In this document: positions 56,801 to 60,433 of the stretch, in pieces
Position numbering within the stretch: position 1 is the first letter of the stretch
Layout: every line of letters begins with the position of its first letter
Source: Aplysia californica
Taxonomy: Eukaryota
DNA length: 64,000 nt
Assembly: GCF_000002075.1 (NCBI RefSeq)
Contig: NW_004797684.1
Coordinates: 278,792 to 342,791, forward strand
Direction of reading: 5' to 3'
Made by a program: the position numbers and the translations under genes
Notes under the pieces: generated by a model
Databases searched by the model: none
Told to the model about the DNA's origin: nothing
The model's input: the letters and a program-made list of their open reading frames with translations, nothing else

Positions 56801-59501
56801 ATGCGTGCAAATACAGCTCTTCCAGTTTTGCCCAATGCCAATCCAATGTCTTATCACTGAATAAGTTGCTTAATCTTTACACCACACCATTCTTCGTATA
56901 TCTGCTGTAATATTTGGTCTTCGTCTCGTGTCTCTAAGGAACTACGGGCCCTTCAGCTGATCCTCTCGGTGCGGCCCCGCCAGCAGCCCAGCCCGCTGCT
57001 GCCCAAAGCCCTGCGCTCGATCCTGCGCAGTGGCCGGCTGATTCAGCAGCACCGAGCAGACATGATGGCCGCTGCTCAGGCCAGGGCAGACGCTGAGGCT
57101 GCCCGCCGGGAGCGCGAGGAGAGGAGGAGGAAAGAGGAAGAGGAGAGGCAAAGACAGGATATGGTGGATAAAGAGATGGAGGAGGATAAAAGAGTGGATG
57201 ATGGGGAGGATGAGGAGCCTGTGGTCCGTCGTAGAAGAAAGTCGTCCAATGTGGAGGGAGGAGAGAGTCTAGGTGAGTGCAGGCTCCTGACTTCATGGCT
57301 ATTTCTTTACATGCTTTTTAAAAAAATAAATAAAATCAATTTTTGACGACAAGTAACTGAGCTGTATAGGCTTGTGCCGTAGTCTAGACAGCATTTTAAA
57401 ATATTGCATTAAAAAAATTTTTTTTTTTATATTTGTCCCTTTTTTCTTGTACACTGTAAATTGGTTTTATTTTAAAGATCTGATTTTCTCTGTCTTTCAC
57501 AGCTCAGTTTTATCTGAATAACTGACTTTTGTTATCTTATACTGCTCAGTTTTTTTAATTCAGAGTATCTGACTTTCTGAGTGTTTTGCAGATTAGTTTT
57601 GCCCTGAAAGTCGGACTTCCCCTGTGTGATACTGCTCAATTTTGTCCTGAAGATCTGACATTCCCTGTACGATACTGCTCAGTTTTGAATTAGAACTTCT
57701 GGTTTTCCCTATGTTGTTCTCCTCAGTTTTATCCGAATAACTGACTTTTCTTATGTTATACTTCTCAGTTTTTAACACATTACACCCTAAGGGCCTGGAC
57801 GGGAAGTCCATTGTTAGATCCTAAGCAAGGGGAAAGAACCCACCTCCCGTGAATACAAGCGTTTAAAAAACACATTTTAAAAATACTAAACAAATTCCAA
57901 AAATCCGGAAAAAATAAAAGTTAAAAAGAAAACTGAATGTAGTTTCAGAAAAATATAACTTTATGTATGCGCAAACTGTTGGAAATGTTCTAACTTTAGT
58001 TCAATCGGGGTGTCTGACCCGTCACTCTCACTCTCAGCCTCGCGGTCGGGCCCTAGATCTAAATTCTATAATTTCTCTGTCTGATCAATCGGAATCGCCC
58101 CAAACTCTTCCTACAACGTTTTCATCAAAATCTGAGCCATCTGATTTGTCACATGCTCGTTTTTGCTCAAATCCATCGTTATTTCTGTTTTCGAACTCAA
58201 TTGTGTCGCTTTTCAACAAGTCGAGGCACTTTCGAAGTGTCGGTAACGCGATCGCACTTCGATCAGCTCTAATACTAACACTACTGGCCTGAAAAATTTC
58301 GTTTCGGTATCAAACGAAAGAAGAAACTTTTTGCTATACTATGCAAATCAAAATCCCGGCCCCAGAGTCTCGTCAAGGCGAGACTTTCGTTTCTAAAGAC
58401 GCTGGGTCGGCGCGGGCGGTTCCGGGCGAGTCAGAGTGGAGCGCGTAAGGGAATTCACGGGCGATCCCGGGCGAGTTAGGGTGTAATGTGTTAAAAAGTA
58501 TATATTTCAAATCAGAATATCTTACTTTCTCTGTTAAACTGCTCAATTCTATTCTGATGATCTGGCTTTCCCTTCGTTATACTGCTCAATTCTGTTCTAA
58601 AGATCTGACTTTATCTGCATTATACTACTCTCCAGGTGCCACACCCTGCAAACGTGCCCGCTCCCGAAATGAGGAGACGGAAGATTGCGAGTCCCCGACT
58701 TCAGAGCCTGCCGATCGAAATGTGGACATTATGACTCCTGTAGCAGAGGCCAACAGCTCACTGGAGGATCCCTTTGTTCCTGAGGATGAAAATAAGCCAG
58801 CTGCTTTACAGGTGGATGAGGATCCGCTTGTTGAACAACCCAACTCCAAAATCAAATGTGAAGTCGAGAAAGCGGCGGCTTCTGATCAAGAGGCTCAGTC
58901 GAGTGATTGTGGTGGTGCTCTAAAGGACAAATCAGAGGATGCCAGCACGTCTCAGACGGAAAATGTCACAGAGGCAGTATCCCCTCAGAAAGAGGCAACA
59001 TCTGTCCCACCCGCCTCTGCCGATGAACATCAAGAAGTGGAGGCATCGTTGTCATCATCATTGGCTCCCTCTCCTTCAGATAGGTCATCCGGCAAGGCAG
59101 ACGACGGACAGGCTGAAAGAAGGGACAGTATGGAGTGCCTTCCGTCGACGTCGACCAATGTGCACAGCATCTCTGAGCCGGGGCCCAGCACTAGTAAGGG
59201 CCCTGCCTCGGCCGCTGCGGCTTTTGTTTTGAGCGAGAGCAAGAGGCTGGGGGGCGACAGGACTGCCCTGGATTCCGGTCACATCCCTAATGTGATGGTG
59301 TCGAGACCGACAAGCATGTCTCTGGGAGGGGCTGGGTTTTCCGGTGCTAACGGCGCACAGCGTGGGATGGCCTCCTCAGGAGAACCTGTGTGTGGGGGGC
59401 CCAGTGTTCGGTCCCAGGGCCCAGATCTATGTGAGAAAGTTGTGAAGAGTGCTGAAGCGGTGCTAGCCCTTTTGTCTCATTTGCACCCTGATACAGGGTA
59501 G
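368..59501 (+). CDS. USP34: Ubiquitin carboxyl-terminal hydrolase 34, 3' portion, 57 exons (5' end outside window)
   Basis: Exons join in phase via GT-AG introns (7584 nt including stop). Cys box GLTNLGATCY, QKD box GEQKDMQEFF, His box GGHYY, FND and SAYMLFY are present. USP34-specific motifs (AYHLRRWQ, WEYWPQED, FNRGLLPAYYG, HEATACH, YEGVPLHL) are colinear with human USP34 as recalled. Confidence 0.97.
1003..1248 (+). CDS. USP34: USP34 exon 2
   Basis: SQIEMQ...ELRAEVSHWW...GQELTVDVDE...DGQ|gtgagc. Confidence 0.92.
1839..2027 (+). CDS. USP34: USP34 exon 3
   Basis: HVSVSIGA...SCLPVP...QEPHFDNLF...DNV|gtcagt. Confidence 0.9.
2473..2601 (+). CDS. USP34: USP34 exon 4
   Basis: DKEK...LSRDVWELLMVLPT...SDQ|gtgagg. 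Confidence 0.92.
3011..3127 (+). CDS. USP34: USP34 exon 5
   Basis: VTPEEL...HRLYYSLQIVEFL...QRLP|gtgagt. Confidence 0.88.
3471..4089 (-). mobile_element. Non-autonomous PIF/Harbinger DNA transposon
   Basis: ~45-bp imperfect TIRs (GG...AACCATATTAACGCCC) and a TAA TSD. Internal minus-strand peptide RRFSVHPIQRKRDTLGEFHHLFPLLLED resembles the N-terminus of Harbinger transposases. Confidence 0.85.
4111..4206 (+). CDS. USP34: USP34 exon 6 (poorly conserved, symmetric)
   Basis: cgcag|CTERVTLIPTDQGTDAVPAMSHRRQSASRGGK|gtacgg; 96 nt, phase 0-0, GC-rich; no homology support. Confidence 0.65.
4656..4730 (+). CDS. USP34: USP34 exon 7
   Basis: VRQGAG...KTAWCAK|gtgggt. Confidence 0.85.
5386..5472 (+). 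CDS. USP34: USP34 exon 8
   Basis: FIAKGGLSHLMDIFMNG...WSQ|gtaagt. Confidence 0.92.
5669..6320 (+). repeat. Diverged ~310-bp tandem duplication; 6105-6263 is repeated almost exactly at 7311-7470
   Basis: Shared TATTCTCCAGTAC...CATAGTCACAGGACATG...ATTTAGAAGAATCC blocks. Confidence 0.85.
6523..7040 (+). mobile_element. tRNA-derived SINE with Deu/Nin-like central domain
   Basis: tRNA-like head with B box GGTTCGAATCC, then a CT-rich spacer and the core CGTTAAAGATCCC...AAGAGTAGG. Ends in the shared stem-loop tail and poly(A). Confidence 0.8.
7614..7766 (+). CDS. USP34: USP34 exon 9
   Basis: WNQECLGYLLRLISQFSVD...ISQ|gtacga. Confidence 0.9.
8345..9170. mobile_element. Possible hAT-like non-autonomous element
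   Basis: Weak CAG-starting inverted ends, subterminal TTCCGC repeats and GC-rich palindromic motifs; no TSD found. Confidence 0.4.
9194..9368 (+). mobile_element. Family A copy
   Basis: Full-length match. Confidence 0.85.
9504..9580 (+). CDS. USP34: USP34 exon 10
   Basis: SVLDSLDVQAVVKILMQILYDAAMP|gtgagt; phase 0-2. Confidence 0.85.
10198..10241 (+). CDS. USP34: USP34 exon 11 (44 nt)
   Basis: DSNQLYCGTWGRGE|gtaagt; phase 2-1 bridges its neighbours. Confidence 0.85.
10742..10866 (+). CDS. USP34: USP34 exon 12
   Basis: VVQHAMSFLVSLAF...WLKRLTLEAPE|gt. Confidence 0.9.
11049..11357. mobile_element. piggyBac-like MITE
   Basis: Perfect 13-bp TIR CTCTTTAACCATG, TTAA on both sides; lies within a (GA)n-rich tract. 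Confidence 0.85.
11793..11948 (+). CDS. USP34: USP34 exon 13
   Basis: aag|AHVRKQACLGLHRLCL...KPKKYE|gtgagt. Confidence 0.9.
11925..12395 (+). repeat. Degenerate tandem array derived from the exon 13 donor site
   Basis: Repeated AAGAAATATGAG-GTGAGTTTGG..AAAT-like units. Confidence 0.75.
13069..13167 (+). CDS. USP34: USP34 exon 14
   Basis: MDYTREEKEIYGAGCHDYFIFIRMCLDELDAQQ|gt. Confidence 0.85.
13449..13850 (+). mobile_element. Short retroposon family B copy
   Basis: Colinear with 56069-56450; (AAAC)n tail; CAAGCT on both flanks. Confidence 0.85.
14017..14184 (+). mobile_element. Family A copy
   Basis: Full-length match, ACTT/AAGT-type tail. Confidence 0.85.
15062..15235 (+). CDS. USP34: USP34 exon 15
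   Basis: TNINMD...EEDEGLLGLL...RHKPPF...ENT|gtaag. Confidence 0.92.
15740..15923 (+). CDS. USP34: USP34 exon 16
   Basis: RFLDALFDFLFLVPS...PKCKSQKTRQAAYDL... Confidence 0.93.
16474..16637 (+). CDS. USP34: USP34 exon 17, Cys box (catalytic Cys codon 16566-16568)
   Basis: HAPYPWEYWPQEDGRAKCGYVGLTNLGATCYMATAVQQLFMIP. Confidence 0.96.
16846..16961. repeat. 55-bp tandem duplication
   Basis: CTGAGTTTTTGTCATTCTTGTGAATGAT occurs twice. Confidence 0.85.
17090..17155 (+). CDS. USP34: USP34 exon 18
   Basis: VNDNRPHAAMMMELQRMFAYLQ. Confidence 0.93.
17600..17746 (+). CDS. USP34: USP34 exon 19
   Basis: ESERRAYNPKSFCKTY...GEQKDMQEFFTDIITKLEE. Confidence 0.95.
18265..18593 (-). mobile_element. tRNA-derived CORE-like SINE with L2-like tail
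   Basis: A/B-box head, tail GTGAAGCGC...GCGCTATACAAAT and (CTAT)n end; highly similar to the copy at 53924. Confidence 0.85.
18971..19027 (+). CDS. USP34: USP34 exon 20
   Basis: KMVIKEMFGGETTNNVVSL|gtgagt. Confidence 0.92.
20008..20085 (+). CDS. USP34: USP34 exon 21
   Basis: DCNHVSRTFEEFYTVRCGVAHMKDLY. Confidence 0.94.
20810..20904 (+). CDS. USP34: USP34 exon 22
   Basis: ESLDEVTVKDMLEGDNMYTCSHCHKKVRAEK. Confidence 0.95.
21588..21757 (+). CDS. USP34: USP34 exon 23
   Basis: TCFRKLPRILCFNTLRYSFNMLTMMKEKVNTHFSFP. Confidence 0.95.
22180..22635 (-). mobile_element. Second, headless copy of the Deu/Nin-like SINE with internal inverted duplication
   Basis: Reverse complement aligns with ~6600-7030. 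A tail-only fragment also lies at ~14811-14870 (-). Confidence 0.8.
22950..23085 (+). CDS. USP34: USP34 exon 24, His box (catalytic His codon 23045-23047)
   Basis: SYEYRLIGVTVHVGSAEGGHYYNLIKD; phase 1-2. Confidence 0.93.
24831..24909 (+). CDS. USP34: USP34 exon 25 (Asp box)
   Basis: WYHFNDADVKPFD...AFGGEMN. Confidence 0.94.
25469..25537 (+). CDS. USP34: USP34 exon 26 (acceptor position uncertain)
   Basis: ccag|FPLLQGKHYDTVSDKYLDFPIEK|gtgagt; see findings. Confidence 0.8.
25716..26097. mobile_element. MITE-like element
   Basis: Inverted ends AATCAGGCGCTTGT / ACAAGCGCCTGATT; TSD not evident. Confidence 0.65.
26235..26333 (+). CDS. USP34: USP34 exon 27
   Basis: TNSAYMLFYER... Confidence 0.94.
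26890..27110 (+). mobile_element. Diverged CORE-like SINE (head plus CORE, different 3' part)
   Basis: tRNA-like head and TGTGTCCTTGGGAAAGGCACTT. Confidence 0.6.
27197..27261 (+). CDS. USP34: USP34 exon 28
   Basis: WIWNDNTQFLKDRSIFDRMYF. Confidence 0.94.
28122..28251 (+). CDS. USP34: USP34 exon 29
   Basis: HMWQMCSHLPSTL...LESFIHAKEK. Confidence 0.94.
28762..28827 (+). CDS. USP34: USP34 exon 30
   Basis: NSMPKWIDYLMKKFNSCLGPCE. Confidence 0.92.
29579..29730 (+). CDS. USP34: USP34 exon 31
   Basis: WLLEHMAGQDWWLQHILIKCPNSVIRQMFQRL. Confidence 0.94.
29799..30135 (+). mobile_element. Two head-to-tail family A copies
   Basis: Units at ~29799-29966 and ~29967-30135. Confidence 0.82.
30358..31036 (+). 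mobile_element. piggyBac-like MITE (orientation arbitrary)
   Basis: 15-bp TIR CACATTACACCCTAA; TTAA on the right, TAAA on the left; inverted copy at 57776-58490. Confidence 0.9.
31231..31303 (+). CDS. USP34: USP34 exon 32
   Basis: PGLDTAETCGHSCLTRFITKLLSN|gtaagt. Confidence 0.9.
31830..32003 (+). CDS. USP34: USP34 exon 33
   Basis: LECGMRP...YFTFLFEFAK...VRFYMG. Confidence 0.94.
32675..32851 (+). CDS. USP34: USP34 exon 34
   Basis: aag|VEILSDEDEEE...RPVALSKLISLVAYLVETSR. Confidence 0.93.
32942..33960 (+). mobile_element. Three family A copies in one intron
   Basis: ~32942-33105, 33425-33570, 33783-33960. Confidence 0.8.
34025..34129 (+). CDS. USP34: USP34 exon 35
   Basis: GHPFLMYQVRDNINIEHTCNLIVSLC. 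Confidence 0.93.
34675..34716 (+). CDS. USP34: USP34 exon 36 (42 nt)
   Basis: IVTTIFNNIKKLGD|gtgagt. Confidence 0.9.
34838..35675. mobile_element. piggyBac-like MITE
   Basis: TIR CCCTTGTCCTGCG / CGCAGGACAAGAG, TTAA TSD, CpG-rich ends. Confidence 0.88.
36026..36130 (+). CDS. USP34: USP34 exon 37
   Basis: LAKPFFDLLTLLTEF...PGQPSF...RLWE|gt. Confidence 0.93.
36320..38971 (+). repeat. ~2.65-kb near-identical copy of ~46690-49341, carrying duplicate exons 45-47
   Basis: Colinear at offset 10367-10370. About a dozen differences seen, all intronic. Ends at a 100-N gap. Confidence 0.95.
36749..38642 (+). pseudogene. Out-of-order duplicate USP34 exons 45' (36749-36926), 46' (37613-37770), 47' (38564-38642); possible assembly artefact
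   Basis: Same sequence as exons 45-47 but placed between exons 37 and 38. Exon 45' is phase-incompatible with exon 37. Confidence 0.7.
39578..39750 (-). mobile_element. Family A copy, antisense
   Basis: Reverse complement nearly identical to 49254-49425. Confidence 0.88.
39977..40124 (+). CDS. USP34: USP34 exon 38
   Basis: LTKVSPRQCLEWL...NRLARLWTL... Confidence 0.93.
40594..40688 (+). CDS. USP34: USP34 exon 39
   Basis: SAQLLVSLVPNEMFRSNYR... Confidence 0.92.
41001..41618. mobile_element. piggyBac-like MITE
   Basis: TIR CCCTGGAAGCGC / GCGCTTCTAGGG, TTAA TSD, three GAAGCGCGCAGGCCC repeats at the left end. Confidence 0.88.
42149..42181 (+). CDS. USP34: USP34 exon 40 (33-nt microexon)
   Basis: ctgcag|WSKEDLAVMHR|gtgagt; phase 0-0. 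Confidence 0.87.
43017..43065 (+). CDS. USP34: USP34 exon 41
   Basis: IYQHLLLLLKRAHVYI|gtgagt. Confidence 0.9.
43245..43598 (+). mobile_element. Diverged copy of the CORE-like SINE
   Basis: Colinear with 53924-54284. Confidence 0.8.
44066..44175 (+). CDS. USP34: USP34 exon 42
   Basis: ...KLMSLFSVLTYCLYSRREKLM|gtaagt. Confidence 0.92.
44813..44874. repeat. (TCTG)n microsatellite inside a family C copy
   Basis: About 15 perfect units. Confidence 0.95.
45106..45189 (+). CDS. USP34: USP34 exon 43
   Basis: FTPFFLDLWQLFHP...EPQIPLNHNKQ. Confidence 0.94.
45600..45706 (+). CDS. USP34: USP34 exon 44
   Basis: ALLLFWFNVCQDCPEN...KNIAFNYI; ends phase 2. Confidence 0.94.
46048..47072 (+). repeat. ~320-bp direct repeat (46048-46368 / 46745-47072); older partial unit at ~45857-46030
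   Basis: Direct comparison of the two segments. Confidence 0.9.
46369..46744 (+). mobile_element. Short retroposon family B copy
   Basis: Colinear with the other two copies; flanked by a ~320-bp direct repeat. Confidence 0.85.
47116..47293 (+). CDS. USP34: USP34 exon 45
   Basis: ADHEDEQNIHFNRGLLPAYYGLLR...HQNLQWAFKN. Confidence 0.94.
47983..48140 (+). CDS. USP34: USP34 exon 46
   Basis: ATEELMCMM...LDPRVMWQTLCS. Confidence 0.93.
48308..48527. mobile_element. Small TTAA-flanked MITE (Kolobok-like); duplicate at 37938-38157
   Basis: Imperfect TIR GGACAAGCGGGCTA / TAGCCCCCTTGTGC, TTAA on both sides. Confidence 0.7.
48934..49012 (+). CDS. USP34: USP34 exon 47
   Basis: IYKVLVETPEDHLSLLYQNGLSVLSQ. 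Confidence 0.92.
49254..49425 (+). mobile_element. Short repeat family A (~170 bp), representative copy
   Basis: GGGTGGTTGGCGGGTGCTCTGGTGTGGTTTGCTCC...GTAAAAC..TACTAAA. Other copies start near 9194, 14017, 16259, 29040, 29799, 29967, 32942, 33425, 33783, 38884, 53602 (+) and 23400, 39578 (-). Confidence 0.88.
49703..49826 (+). CDS. USP34: USP34 exon 48
   Basis: SFFIIYTMFHEATACHMTGDLIDVL. Confidence 0.94.
50340..50450 (+). CDS. USP34: USP34 exon 49 (CAGCAG acceptor)
   Basis: ELRSVINQWKERNELAKKLLTLLNSF. Confidence 0.93.
50944..51048 (+). CDS. USP34: USP34 exon 50
   Basis: DVLHKMVLV...HAHSAFQNSNPP. Confidence 0.9.
51552..51673 (+). CDS. USP34: USP34 exon 51
   Basis: MSVGPFYPTR...NVRPSRPQFQM...EVTK. 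Confidence 0.92.
52034..52157 (+). CDS. USP34: USP34 exon 52
   Basis: GTDEEYDKALVNYYEPYH...RMAIN. Confidence 0.93.
53071..53153 (+). CDS. USP34: USP34 exon 53
   Basis: AMVAYEGVPLHLPYFAKLWNEI. Confidence 0.94.
53163..53395 (-). mobile_element. RTE-clade LINE 3' fragment
   Basis: Peptide WNTQCKKSRGRPHGIWRR...TWNNIKRLAHYRERWKVFVCGL is typical of the RTE C-terminus; (GAT)n tail; related fragment at ~9375-9450. Confidence 0.8.
53924..54284 (+). mobile_element. tRNA-derived CORE-like SINE, full length
   Basis: A box TGGCTTAGTGG, B box GGTTCGAGCC, CORE-like TGTGTCCTAGGGAAAGACACTT...CACCCAGGTG..AATGGGTACC, (ATT)n tail. Confidence 0.88.
54297..54440 (+). CDS. USP34: USP34 exon 54
   Basis: ...YIDTVLIDERRSLNNDIIYQFFRNFFPR|gtaagt. 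Confidence 0.93.
54458..54585 (+). repeat. Short repeat family C (~130 bp), representative copy
   Basis: GGAGGG(C/A)ACCACTGGTAGGTC...AAATGA..ATTATTGTGTCGATGTGCTTCTCTTTACTCAAAC. Diverged copies near 7477, 10326, 20458, 28412, 29238, 37186, 44762, 47553, 49516, 51337 (+) and 43855-43973 (-). Confidence 0.75.
55285..55422 (+). CDS. USP34: USP34 exon 55
   Basis: VHEHVITDGGQSLVMNLV...NRLLG|gtgagt. Confidence 0.9.
56069..56450 (+). mobile_element. Short retroposon family B (~380 bp) with 11-bp TSD
   Basis: GAAGTCAGTTA at 56058-56068 and 56451-56461; shared stem-loop tail and A-rich end. Confidence 0.88.
56490..56865 (-). mobile_element. I-group LINE 3' fragment (degenerate CCHC knuckle)
   Basis: LSRREQVTIFRLRT...NCPLRDCQDETV*HNLFTC. 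Confidence 0.75.
56939..57272 (+). CDS. USP34: USP34 exon 56
   Basis: aag|ELRALQLILSV...charged E/R tract...GESL|gtgagt. Confidence 0.9.
57478..58635 (+). repeat. Degenerate ~43-bp tandem array ending at the last acceptor, interrupted by a MITE
   Basis: About 10 units of ATCTGACTTT...ATACTGCTCA(G/A)TTTT. Confidence 0.8.
57776..58490 (-). mobile_element. piggyBac-like MITE, same family as 30358-31036, opposite orientation
   Basis: Same TIR, perfect TTAA TSD, colinear reverse complement. Confidence 0.92.
58636..59501 (+). CDS. USP34: USP34 terminal coding exon 57
   Basis: ccag|GATPCKRAR...low-complexity acidic tail...LLSHLHPDTG-TAG. Confidence 0.92.
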
Positions 59502-60361
59502 AGGCGGTGAATTCCTCTATGTGTGTCTTTGTGTTGTACATATATGTGCAATGTGTTGATTTGTCAAACAGAAAAAAAGAGATATTATGTCCATACACAC
59601 ATGTCGTGTAAACTGTAAAAATTGGTAGGTTCTCACACTGCAAGTCTGGTTCCAAGATTGTGTGTAGAGAAAAACATGCAAAGTGTAAGAGCGTTAATGT
59701 GAGAGAAGTTACAGTTACAGTGAAAGTATGGGAAGATATGTATTATCTCAAAGAAGAAAAACATTTCTTTTTGTTGTGAGTGATTTGTATATTCGTGGTC
59801 TAAGTCTGTCTTACAATTGCAAAACAAGTCTCCGGAGAGGGTATATGTGCATGTGAGTGAAATAGAAGGCCTGAAAATGTACACCCCACAAAACCCAGTG
59901 TTAACTCCTCCAGCACAGTGGATGTACGTGCACTATGTAGAATTTTGAGCCTGCCTAATGAGAGTCTGGGTCATGAGCAATTCCAAAAACCTGACCCTCC
60001 CACCCCTTCAAAAGGAAACAAAGACGTAGAAATTGCAAAATAGTTTGTTAGAGATTAGAAAGATAATACTTGTGCCAGTAAAAAAATTTAAAGCCATATT
60101 ATCAGCTAACAGTTTGTAGGCTTGCATATACTTTGTTTGGGAAATTGCCAGCTAAATATGTAAAGAAAACATCATCAATCGTATAACAGCCATTTAGTAT
60201 TAAGATAGAAGCAAACAGAGGGAAAGAAAAATAGTTTGAAATTGTAAAGAGAATCCCATCAACAATATAACCATCATTTAGTGCTTGGTAATTAACGTTC
60301 ATCTCCGACTGAACAAAGCCTAATGAGATGAAAACTTCACAAAACGACCCAAGTTCAAGAA

Positions 60362-60433
60362 TGCCCCATCTGGGATTTGAACCAGAGTCATCCACTCTAT
60401 AGTCCAGACTGATACCAGCTGAGCTAACGGAGC
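60362..60433 (-). pseudogene. tRNA-like sequence (pseudo-tRNA or SINE head) in the presumed 3' UTR
   Basis: A box TAGCTCAGCTGG, B box GGTTCAAATCC, acceptor stem GCTCCGT/ATGGGGC, broken anticodon arm; related fragment at ~21125-21165. Confidence 0.6.

Noticed and set aside
59499-59510. Stop-codon readthrough
   Set aside because: TAG is followed by AGG CGG TGA, with no readthrough context and only a trivial extension.
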